In this document: positions 35,943 through 43,768 of the stretch, piece by piece
How positions within the stretch are numbered: the stretch's first letter is position 1
How the letters are laid out: every line of letters begins with the position of its first letter
NCBI GenBank assembly: GCA_937894565.1
Contig: CALBHK010000397.1
Coordinates: 1 to 51,363, forward strand
Source of the DNA: an uncultured Chlamydiae bacterium
GTDB lineage: Bacteria; Chlamydiota; Chlamydiia; Chlamydiales; CALBHK01
DNA: 51,363 bases
Direction of reading: 5' to 3'
Made by a program: the position numbers and the translations under genes
Notes under the pieces: generated by a model
What the model was told of the DNA's origin: nothing
Seen by the model: only the letters and a program-made list of their open reading frames with translations
The model's database searches: none

Positions 35943-37497
35943 CTCGACTTTGTACAAATCTAATCGTTTTTCCAGGCTAAGCCGCTGCCAGATATTCAAT
36001 TAATGATCCTATCCACGGGACTCTTGGGTGATGTGCATCCTCTTTTCTTGGTTCATTCACTTCTGACTCATAATTATTTTCACGGAAGGACTCTGGAATA
36101 AGCTTCCTGAAAATTAAATTATCCTTCCACAGCACCTTGCGGACAGCTGTTAACAAATCTGAAAATGTGGCCTCCTTTTTCTCGTACCAAGCTGTCTGTG
36201 CAACGGCGATCGGACGCTCCTCGTTTAAGCGATTTGCAATCAGGCAAACTATTGTGTAGAGACTTAACAAAATTGGAGTGCTTCGAGCGATTGCTTTGTC
36301 TGACCATTGCCGCTGTGTTTCTACCCCCAAATGCTCACGCACTTCCTCAAACGTTACCTCATGATTCCACCTTTGGGCATACAGCTCTACAATCCTTTCA
36401 GGTGAAAGAGTCACATCTGTCGACATCAGAGGAACTGGATCTAATTCACCATCCGGATCAACCACCAATACCCATCTAATAGGAACGGGAGGAAAGCCAT
36501 CAACTCCCCACAGACTGGTCCCCGAAACGTATTTGATGACTTTTTTCTTGCCATATGCCTGAATATCCGCTTCTTTCCATCCGAGATCTGCCATAGAAAG
36601 CATATGTTTGAAGCCAAATAATCTAACTCCCTTCACCCTTTTTCTACCTCTTTTACCAGAGTCTTCAGGCGGGAAATCATAGAGACGTGCATTCATCTTT
36701 AGCCTCGTGACCAGAGAAATCTTATGCTTTAAACAGACCCAAGCAAGTTTTCCAGATGCAAATCCACCATCTCCAACGAGAATGAGAGGGATATTATTAG
36801 CCCACGTTAAAATTTGGAGGATCATTTGTACAGTCCACTGAAGAGTAGTTTTATGACGTTTTTTTGTGAGTTTATCGCTTTTCTCTGATGGTTCCAATAC
36901 TGTCATAAATGGCAGCGCAAAATGACGCGATGAAAATGGAAATCGCCAGGATACCGCCATAGAGAGCCACTTCAGCCCAGAACTCTTAACCAGGGTGTTC
37001 TTGGAAGAGCGAACAGCATCGCGGTAGTATCCTTTGGCCTTAATTTTTGATCCTTTACGTCGTTCCAGGGTCTCATCGACAAAAATTACAAGCGGTAGGG
37101 CATTGCCAATGAGCTCTAAGAGCATTTTAAAGAGTATCTTCGAGCCCATCAATGGCGACCAGTTTACTCGGTTCAGCACGTGGTGATACTTTGCAAAACT
37201 GCTGTTATCACTCAAGCCTACAACTCTAAGGATTGCACAAACGGTACGTTTGCCACGGCACAGAAGGGCTCCTATCAGCATCGTCCTGGCATTTTTCCAA
37301 ACGGGACAGGAAAAAAGTACCGCAAAAGGGGCAAGAATTGTTAAAATTGTAGGCGATAGGGATGTCATAATTTCGTCGCTGATTGTGTTTTTAGACGAAC
37401 AGCAGTTTGCGACGAACGTTACATTCCTATCAATTTTTAATTTTTTTCGGTTCGATTGAACCATTAGTCGGAGTAGTCAAAATTGTACAAAGCCGAG
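35943..37497 (-). mobile_element. IS element (1555 bp, IS4/IS701-like) inserted in glgC
   Basis: Terminal inverted repeats are ctcgactttgtacaa (35943-35957) and ttgtacaaagccgag (37483-37497), matching at 14/15. A 5-bp target duplication tgctt lies at 35938-35942 and 37498-37502. There is a single transposase ORF. Confidence 0.85.
35977..37464 (-). CDS. DDE transposase (IS4/IS701-like)
   Basis: 495 aa. Candidate catalytic residues lie in VIFVDET, LILVGDGGF and the Y-x2-R-x3-E signature YAQRWNHEVTFEE. The true start may be the internal MTSLSP. Confidence 0.8.
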   Translation of the reverse strand: MVQSNRKKLKIDRNVTFVANCCSSKNTISDEIMTSLSPTILTILAPFAVLFSCPVWKNARTMLIGALLCRGKRTVCAILRVVGLSDNSSFAKYHHVLNRVNWSPLMGSKILFKMLLELIGNALPLVIFVDETLERRKGSKIKAKGYYRDAVRSSKNTLVKSSGLKWLSMAVSWRFPFSSRHFALPFMTVLEPSEKSDKLTKKRHKTTLQWTVQMILQILTWANNIPLILVGDGGFASGKLAWVCLKHKISLVTRLKMNARLYDFPPEDSGKRGRKRVKGVRLFGFKHMLSMADLGWKEADIQAYGKKKVIKYVSGTSLWGVDGFPPVPIRWVLVVDPDGELDPVPLMSTDVTLSPERIVELYAQRWNHEVTFEEVREHLGVETQRQWSDKAIARSTPILLSLYTIVCLIANRLNEERPIAVAQTAWYEKKEATFSDLLTAVRKVLWKDNLIFRKLIPESFRENNYESEVNEPRKEDAHHPRVPWIGSLIEYLAAA

Positions 37498-37502
37498 TGC
37501 TT
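37498..37502. repeat. Target-site duplication (right copy, TGCTT)
   Basis: See the left copy at 35938-35942. Confidence 0.75.
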
Positions 37503-38651
37503 AACAATCGACCGCAATCCAATAATGCTATTGCTAACCTCTGCGGCTTGAACCAAAGATCCATCACAGATAATAGCATTCGTGATCGCTGAGTTAATGA
37601 TCTTGGGAGCTGATAAATAATGTTGTCTGAAAAAAATATGTTTTTTTTCTTCGCAACAATTGAATTCAGGATTAGACGACGTCAGTGCAATATTGGCTTT
37701 GAAAAATGATTCAATAGTGCCGATGTCTTCCCAATAACCGTTATGAGGATAAGCAAAAACATTTCCTTGGCCGACTTTAGTTGGAATCAGATGTTTACCA
37801 AAATCTTCTCGAGGATCACATTGCAGCAAATCTAATAATGCTTGTCGCTTGAAGACATAAATTCCCATCGAACCAAGAAATTGTCGTTTGCCAATCTCTC
37901 CTCCAACCATTTTCTCAAGAGTATTTGAGGAACAACGCAATTGATTTAAAAGTTCTTGTTCTTGTGGTTTTTCATAAAATTCAGTGACGGAGTAATCTTC
38001 GTTTAACTTCATGATCCCCATGCGTTTTGCATCTTCCTCATTTACAGGCAGTGCTGCAATTACTAGATCAGCAGAAGTCTCTTTAGCAAAATCAATGATG
38101 TGTTGGAAATTCATGTTATAAATCTGATCGCCCGACAAAATAAGAAAATATTCTGCAGAAGTTTCAATAAAATAATGCAGATTTTGTCGAATAGCACATG
38201 CTGTTCCCTGAAACCATGATTTATGCGAGTGTTTTTGTTCTGCCGATATCAGCTCAATAGAAGAAGAAGAAAATGCACCTGGATGGTAAGTATTAAATAT
38301 GTGTTGGTTAAGTGAAGATGAAAGGTATTGAGAAATAACAAAAATTTTAGAACAACCCGAATGAATGGCATTAGAAATAGGAATATCAATCAAACGATAT
38401 TTACCACCAAAACAAACAGCTGGCTTGCACCGTGTATTTGTAAGTGGTTCAAGGCGTGTACCATTTCCCCCTGCAAGAATAATTGTGGTGACACAATTCA
38501 TGGCCACTGATATCTTAGCTTTTTTAGGCGAAAGGTAGCATTCGGCCATTTGTGTCATTGGGGACCTTGGTTTCTTTGAGTAAATAGTAATTTTTATTTA
38601 ACACATGGCAATTTTTAAACGAAGCGAATTCCCTCTATTTGCTTCACTGTA

Positions 38652-38700
38652 GGCAAATTAAGAGATGACAAATTGTGCAACAGCTGCTGCATAATTTGCC
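38652..38700. terminator. Hairpin downstream of the integrase gene
   Basis: ggcaaatta (38652-38660) pairs with taatttgcc (38692-38700). It encloses the near-palindrome tgcaacagctgctgca (38676-38691). Lies between the integrase stop (38736) and the glgC start (38558). Confidence 0.35.
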
Positions 38701-38735
38701 TTCCGCGTTGTAATCCTCGCACATTCAGAAAATTT

Positions 38736-39713
38736 CTAAGATATCAAATTGACTTTTTTACTCGCATTGTCGGCTCGTGATGATTTATCATAAGCGTAAA
38801 CCATTTCTGCTGTGGAATGTCCGGTTACACGCATAATATCGCTGTCTTGAAATCCTTGCTGCTTAAGGTAAGTAACAGCAGAAGCTCTCAACACATGGGG
38901 GGAAACTTTAAAAGGAATCCCGGCAGCTTTCCCAGCTTTTCCAAAGGTGATAGCTACCTGATTGATCATGACAGGTTTTCCAGACCTAGTTATAAATACG
39001 TGCCCAGCTCTTTCTTCAATGTAATCTTTAAGCCGCTTCATAATGCTCTCTGAATAGGTAATCACCGTTTCTTTCTTGAGTCTTCTCATTTTTGACTGAA
39101 CAAATGTAATCTCACAGCAGTCCCAATCAATTTGGTTGGTTTGCAAAGATAATACCTCATTCACCCTCTTACCACCTTGTAAGATCACTTTTCCAATCAA
39201 ACAATCGCGTGGATTGAGCTTTTCTAATTCCTTGAAGAATAAAATCCACTGCGCTTGTGTCATTGCATGAGTTTTAACCTTTTCATATACGCTAAAGAAT
39301 GTTTTTGCGTTTCCCTCTTTATTTGGAATGGCCTTTTTTATAACGCCTTCAAGGCGACGACTCAAAAATCCAGTAAACGAGATATAACAGGCTGCACGAG
39401 CCTGTCTGGTGGTTTCTGCCCAATCCTGAAACAGTTTAATGCTGTCGATAATACCTTCATGATTGATCAAAGCAAATTGTTGCAAGCTGATGAGGGGATT
39501 AAGCCATCCGAACTCGACTAATTTTTTCATACCCGATCTATAGCTAAGCTGTGTTTTTGGACTTAAAGTCAGTAGCCAATAAGAAATCGCTTCCTCTACA
39601 GAAATTTCGTCTAGTTTCTTCCAAACCGAATTAGCTTTGAAAGACGCTGCTTGTTCATAGGTTTCCAAATTGGAGGTGACTTGAGGCTCCAAGATTGCTG
39701 GCAGTAAAGTCAT
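38736..39713 (-). CDS. Tyrosine recombinase / phage-type integrase
   Basis: 325 aa. Catalytic-domain motifs are GGKRVNEVLSL (Arg box), HVLRASAVTYL (H-x-x-R) and GHSTAEMVYAYD (His and the nucleophile Tyr). Confidence 0.85.
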   Translation of the reverse strand: MTLLPAILEPQVTSNLETYEQAASFKANSVWKKLDEISVEEAISYWLLTLSPKTQLSYRSGMKKLVEFGWLNPLISLQQFALINHEGIIDSIKLFQDWAETTRQARAACYISFTGFLSRRLEGVIKKAIPNKEGNAKTFFSVYEKVKTHAMTQAQWILFFKELEKLNPRDCLIGKVILQGGKRVNEVLSLQTNQIDWDCCEITFVQSKMRRLKKETVITYSESIMKRLKDYIEERAGHVFITRSGKPVMINQVAITFGKAGKAAGIPFKVSPHVLRASAVTYLKQQGFQDSDIMRVTGHSTAEMVYAYDKSSRADNASKKVNLIS

Positions 39714-39895
39714 AGCTGTTGCTTCCCCTCACAAAAAACCTCGAATAATTTTTTATGTTCTTTCCTGCATATTATTTCTTTGATGGGGGAGTTAGACTCG
39801 GTCTTTATGATGGCCAGATCAAAAGTTTTATTAGTTTTTTTTGTTTCAAATATTTTTTTGTGGGATTTTGAGTCTTTGAGTTCATTTTTCGGCAT
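39710..39895 (-). CDS. Small Lys-rich protein translationally coupled to the integrase (possible excision/directionality factor)
   Basis: Track ORF trimmed to the ATG at 39893-39895, preceded by GAGGTG. Its stop overlaps the integrase ATG (ATGA). 61 aa and very basic. Function is inferred from position only. Confidence 0.4.
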   Translation of the reverse strand: MPKNELKDSKSHKKIFETKKTNKTFDLAIIKTESNSPIKEIICRKEHKKLFEVFCEGKQQL

Positions 39896-40125
39896 CGACA
39901 CCTCAACTTGTTTATAAGCGGCTTTATAAACAAGAAAAGATAGCTCAAAAAATCTTTCGTGGCAACTTGAAGTTTTGATGGTTACAAACATTTTACAGCA
40001 AGTCGCTTTAGCTATTCCATATTTAATGCGTTTTTCAATCTTTAATGCTAAATGCCTATTGACCTCTAATCGCCTTATCTTTTATACCTCTTATTTCTAC
40101 ATCGTTAAGGAGGCTAAGTAATGAC

Positions 40126-40383
40126 ATGAGCGAAGAAGTTCAAGAGCTAGTACAGCAAACCACTAAAGATATCAGTAGCCAAGATGATCAATTAGTAGTC
40201 AGTCGCCGCAACAAGAAAAAAATCAAAGCTACTATTTATCTGACCGAGGAAGCAGAGCAAGCATTTACTGAGCTTTATATCCATCGCTTGCGCAAAGATA
40301 GAAAGATCGACCGCTCGGTCATTGCTTGCGATGCCATTCAGATGCTTTACGAAAAAGAATGTCTGGAAGCTGCTTCGAATTAG
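40126..40383 (+). CDS. Small DNA-binding-like protein (RHH/ParG-like)
   Basis: 85 aa with AAGGAGG upstream. KATIYLTEEAEQAFTELYIHRL....IDRSVIACDAIQMLYE fits a strand-helix-helix pattern. Convergent with abiEii, overlapping by 4 nt. Confidence 0.5.
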   Translation: MSEEVQELVQQTTKDISSQDDQLVVSRRNKKKIKATIYLTEEAEQAFTELYIHRLRKDRKIDRSVIACDAIQMLYEKECLEAASN

Positions 40384-41240
40384 AAGAATGCGTTTTCTTT
40401 CAGCCATTGGTTCAGGACTGAAATCACATCCTCTATCGATTCAGGCAGTTTGAGAGCGCCTTTTTTCGCTTTGATTTTTCTACGGTAGGGAGTCCAGTTT
40501 TTCTCAAGCGTTTCTAAAGCATCCATGCCGAATGCAACCGGTAGTTTCTTCAGAAGAGTTTTTCTGTGGTGGAAAACCAGCTGGACGGCTTTCTTTGCAA
40601 GAGAGCTGTCGAGAACATCTAAGCGAACTAGCGAGTACAGGTCATGGAAATCTTTCATCCTGGTGTTGCCTCCTCCTCGGAAAACAACCGTTTCTAATTT
40701 CTCTGCAAAAATGAATTCCTTCGGATAGCAATGCAGAGAAATTCTGCTTTCAAAGAGAGGGCCTTTCGATGTGGCAGTCAAATCCATGGGATATTCAATT
40801 GGCTCCACGCGGTCGCCGAATCCTAAATCCATGCGCATGACCGTCTTGGTGGCGCCGAACAATGCCTGCAGCGTAATTTCAGCTCCTGTGTATGCGAGCT
40901 GCGAATGATCGAGGATCTTGATTTTAGCCACTTCGAAGGCAAAGCTATCATTAGCATTGATATCGCAGATCGCTTGCAACACAGTTCTTAAAGACTCTTC
41001 AGTATTCGATAGCTTTTGAATGAAGAAGTCAAGATCCTGCGTCTCCCTTCCAAGATGGATGTATTTTGCCAGGAGGGATCCTCCTTTCAGAACAAATTTT
41101 TCCCTGTAAATAGAACGCGCTAAACGGGTCAAAAATCTCTCTAAGATCAGATTCCTCCAAAGTTCTGCAAAGGTTGTTTCCCGCTCCTTGGCCAGTGCTT
41201 TGATTTTCTCTTTGATTGATTGTTCGATTGCAGATTTCAT
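40380..41240 (-). CDS. AbiEii/AbiGii-family nucleotidyltransferase toxin (DUF1814), copy 1
   Basis: 286 aa. Motifs FVLKGGSLLAKY, GRETQDLDFF and RMKDFHDLY. ATGA-type overlap with the upstream abiEi. Confidence 0.85.
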   Translation of the reverse strand: MKSAIEQSIKEKIKALAKERETTFAELWRNLILERFLTRLARSIYREKFVLKGGSLLAKYIHLGRETQDLDFFIQKLSNTEESLRTVLQAICDINANDSFAFEVAKIKILDHSQLAYTGAEITLQALFGATKTVMRMDLGFGDRVEPIEYPMDLTATSKGPLFESRISLHCYPKEFIFAEKLETVVFRGGGNTRMKDFHDLYSLVRLDVLDSSLAKKAVQLVFHHRKTLLKKLPVAFGMDALETLEKNWTPYRRKIKAKKGALKLPESIEDVISVLNQWLKENAFF

Positions 41241-41833
41241 AGTGTAAACGCCGAAATGTAAGGAGTTAAGTCGACTCTAAGCTTCTTCGCATATCTTAGA
41301 AGCTTGTCGATATCCGGTTTTCTATCTTTGCTTGTCTTTAAATAAGCTTGCAAAGCCTTTAAAGCGGTTTCCTTGTCCAGATAGCGGAAAGAGTCCACGA
41401 CAGTCCGTTCCCGATCGAAAATTTTGAGCTTCTGGCTGCCGATTTTAATCGTGGTCTGTCCAAAAGAGATGTTCCGCATCCGGACGATGTGAGCATTTTC
41501 CCTGGCAGGGGAGGTGGTGGCATGCGGAATAGCAATCCAAAATTCCCTCATGATTTCATCCGTTAAACCGTAATAGCATAGAGCAGAAATGAGACAGATG
41601 ACCCCATTCGGGATGCTCAAAGTAGTAACCGCGAGATCTTCCCATTCGAATTCGGAGTCAAAATCAAGGTCGGTGATTTTATACATCCCTTTGCTGACCC
41701 GCTCGATCTGCCCCTTCGTGCAAAAATAGGCAAGCATCCGGGGAGGGATTCCTGCTTTCCTTCCTTCTGCGGAAGAAAAAACTGCTTTTTTGGACAGCGC
41801 TTTGAGCGCGGCTGAGTACTTGGATCTTATCAT
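41237..41833 (-). CDS. AbiEi-family antitoxin/transcriptional regulator, copy 1
   Basis: 198 aa. N-terminal winged-helix-like region (IPPRMLAYFCTKGQIERVSKGMYK) and a conserved core IPNGVICLISALCYYGLTDEIMREFWIAIPH. Paired with AbiEii. Confidence 0.8.
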   Translation of the reverse strand: MIRSKYSAALKALSKKAVFSSAEGRKAGIPPRMLAYFCTKGQIERVSKGMYKITDLDFDSEFEWEDLAVTTLSIPNGVICLISALCYYGLTDEIMREFWIAIPHATTSPARENAHIVRMRNISFGQTTIKIGSQKLKIFDRERTVVDSFRYLDKETALKALQAYLKTSKDRKPDIDKLLRYAKKLRVDLTPYISAFTL

Positions 41834-41839
41834 ACCCGT

Positions 41840-41888
41840 AATGTAACAGAAAAACCCATTAACGGCAACTGGGTTTTTCTGTTACATT
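41840..41888. repeat. 19-bp perfect inverted repeat (AbiEi operator and/or terL terminator candidate)
   Basis: aatgtaacagaaaaaccca (41840-41858) and tgggtttttctgttacatt (41870-41888), with an 11-nt loop. It ends 6 nt upstream of the abiEi-1 start codon and lies 50 nt downstream of the terL stop. Confidence 0.8.
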
Positions 41889-41937
41889 TTCACTCGTGGA
41901 ATTCATTAATAAATCTTTTTAAAATAAGGATGTTATA

Positions 41938-43287
41938 TCAAAGAGTTGTCAAAGCGGTCAGGTCATATGTCGAATCAGTAAGCATCAAAAAAGCACCGCT
42001 CAGAGCATCAACAATATCATCATGGCTTCCTTCAGGGAAATTTTCCACCTCTCTTAAAAAATCTTCGTTCCAGGACGCCTGCAGGATCTTGATATTTCCA
42101 GCCTCTGCCTGAGAAGAGACAGGGAGAGCTCTCGTTACTTTGTCCTGGGTAGCTTTGAATGTCTTCACGTTATATCCTTGAAGCATTCTAACGAGATAAT
42201 CTGCTTCGCTTATTCCAGCCTGGCCAGGATCCTGCTCGATACCAATCCTTATCGAAACGCCATCTTGACTTGCCGTATTTTTGATGGCATTTTGAACCCC
42301 TAAAGGACTTTGCTGAATTCTTACCATATCGGTGATGTACAAAATATTATTTTTATCCTTTTCAAGACGCAGACCAACAGTATAATCAGGGTCATTGCTT
42401 TCTGTTTTTTTTGTTGCTGCTCGATCCCAATAACGCACGGCCTTTAATCCGCCCTTTGGAATGGCTTTGACAACTTCAAAAAAGCTCCTCTGGAAAAACA
42501 TACCTGCTGTCGGCCTGACGTTCCAGTTTCCCATTAGCAGTTGCTCTCTTTCGAAACGAGGAAGCGCTTTAAGGTTGGCTAAGTATCCAGGATCCTTATC
42601 GAGTAGGATTTTATTATCATGCACGGTTGAAGCTACAAAAGAAACGCTCTTGGGCAGGCAACTCGGGTCTTTTCCTATCAACTCTTCGCGACTAGACCCC
42701 CAAATTGTCTGATCATTTTGAATGAAGAACCAGCGAGTTTTTCCGCTTCGTGAGGGGATTGGGTATCCTGATTTTTCATCAATCCACCAGGAAATAAATT
42801 GTCGAACCCAGGAATCTGTATCTGGGTTGGTAGTGGCTCGAATATATGGCTTCACTCCGCAAGTTGATCGATTTCTTGAGAGCATATAAACAAATTGCTG
42901 CCAGGAAAAGTGAGTAAGCTCATCAAACCCGACAAGGGGAATCTGTGAGCCTTGCCAGTCAAAGCGTGTTTTATCATGCTCTAGGTGAGCGAATTTGACT
43001 TTGCCATTTCCTTGGAAATCCCATTCAAGAGTGGACTCCTTAGGAGTTCCGTTCGCATGAACAAAAAGCTCGCAGCTTGTATCCCATAAGCCGCCTGGAT
43101 TGCGGACTTGAGTGCTGTTTCTTCTGAATATTACAGCAGAGAATCCGGGAACATTTCTATGTCGCAGGCATTCCATTAAAAGAGCCCAAGTTTTGCCGCC
43201 TCCAGCAGCTCCACCATAAATGACAATATCCGCCGAAGCATTCAAGAACTGGTATTGAGGACCTTTCTGAGGTATGATTTTAGGCAT
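41938..43287 (-). CDS. terL: Terminase large subunit
   Basis: 449 aa. Walker A is IYGGAAGGGKTWAL. The C-terminal nuclease region ends with ..FPEGSHDDIVDALSGAF, typical of the terminase_6 type. Confidence 0.85.
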   Translation of the reverse strand: MPKIIPQKGPQYQFLNASADIVIYGGAAGGGKTWALLMECLRHRNVPGFSAVIFRRNSTQVRNPGGLWDTSCELFVHANGTPKESTLEWDFQGNGKVKFAHLEHDKTRFDWQGSQIPLVGFDELTHFSWQQFVYMLSRNRSTCGVKPYIRATTNPDTDSWVRQFISWWIDEKSGYPIPSRSGKTRWFFIQNDQTIWGSSREELIGKDPSCLPKSVSFVASTVHDNKILLDKDPGYLANLKALPRFEREQLLMGNWNVRPTAGMFFQRSFFEVVKAIPKGGLKAVRYWDRAATKKTESNDPDYTVGLRLEKDKNNILYITDMVRIQQSPLGVQNAIKNTASQDGVSIRIGIEQDPGQAGISEADYLVRMLQGYNVKTFKATQDKVTRALPVSSQAEAGNIKILQASWNEDFLREVENFPEGSHDDIVDALSGAFLMLTDSTYDLTALTTL

Positions 43288-43768
43288 GGGGGTCCTCCAC
43301 CTTTTCTTCTATGCAGTCGCCTCTGCCGTTATCGGGAATGTAAATCTGGACAGGGTCTTCTCCCTTGACGATTGTTTCCGTGACAATAGTTTCTCTTTGG
43401 CCAAGCCATATTTTTCCAAGCCAGATAGCCATGGTTGCGCTGTGCTCAGCTTGCTGAAATTGATAACGGCGAAGGGAGAGTTTATGACGCCCATTGCACC
43501 TTTTTCTTAGCTCCGCAAAACCCATACCAAAAGCCTCCCTCAACCTTCGATCCAAGGTATCGACGCTGACTCGAAAAGAGCCTGCAATTTCTTCGGCTGT
43601 CGCTTGCATTTCCGTCCAATAGAGCACTTGATCCAGGTTGATTTCTTTTGCAGGCACAATTCCCTTCCATTCAGCAGGAGGGGATTGCGGATCCACTGGT
43701 GGTTTGACTGTTTTCTTAGGCCGACCATTTGGCTGGCCTGTAGGCTTTCTAGGCATAATTTTCACCAT
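43280..43768 (-). CDS. terS: Terminase small subunit (putative)
   Basis: 162 aa overlapping the terL start by 8 nt. Basic N-terminus, HTH-like ATAEEIAGSFRVSVDTLDRRL, then ..MAIWLGKIWLGQRE. The alternative ATG at 43756 (MPRKPTG) is equally plausible. Confidence 0.6.
   Translation of the reverse strand: MVKIMPRKPTGQPNGRPKKTVKPPVDPQSPPAEWKGIVPAKEINLDQVLYWTEMQATAEEIAGSFRVSVDTLDRRLREAFGMGFAELRKRCNGRHKLSLRRYQFQQAEHSATMAIWLGKIWLGQRETIVTETIVKGEDPVQIYIPDNGRGDCIEEKVEDPHA

Larger units (their letters stand above)
35670..38558 (-). pseudogene. glgC: Glucose-1-phosphate adenylyltransferase gene interrupted by an IS element
   Basis: The N-terminal fragment ORF 37464-38558 has ILAGGNGTRL, CKPAV.FGG.YRLIDIP and LILSGDQIYNM. 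The C-terminal fragment ORF 35670-35999 has the left-handed beta-helix end IIDKNVCIGNNVRLINKD...IVVVPRGTHLPDGFIL. Removing 35943-37497 plus one TSD copy joins ..RSIVK to QGSIIKNSYIIG.. in frame. That gives 1329 nt, or 442 aa. Confidence 0.85.

Noticed and set aside
35950-37491. The 9-bp direct repeat ttgtacaaa (35950-35958 and 37483-37491), initially taken as the IS target-site duplication.
   Set aside because: The sequence is palindromic at its core and is part of the 15-bp terminal inverted repeats. Using it as the duplication leaves 9 extra residues in GlgC. The 5-bp tgctt duplication outside the inverted repeats restores the expected protein spacing.
40121-40129. Two-codon mini-ORF ATGACATGA overlapping the start of the RHH-like gene, with better spacing to the AAGGAGG box than the annotated ATG.
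   Set aside because: This is probably incidental. It is noted only because the real initiation codon (40121 versus 40126) cannot be settled from sequence, and 40121 terminates after two codons.
25056-41908. The 10-nt match gaattcatta near both ends of the cargo block, as attL/attR.
   Set aside because: It is too short, with a chance expectation for these two spacers of roughly a few percent. It leaves an implausibly long palindromic terL-portal spacer. It needs a computational repeat search before any claim.
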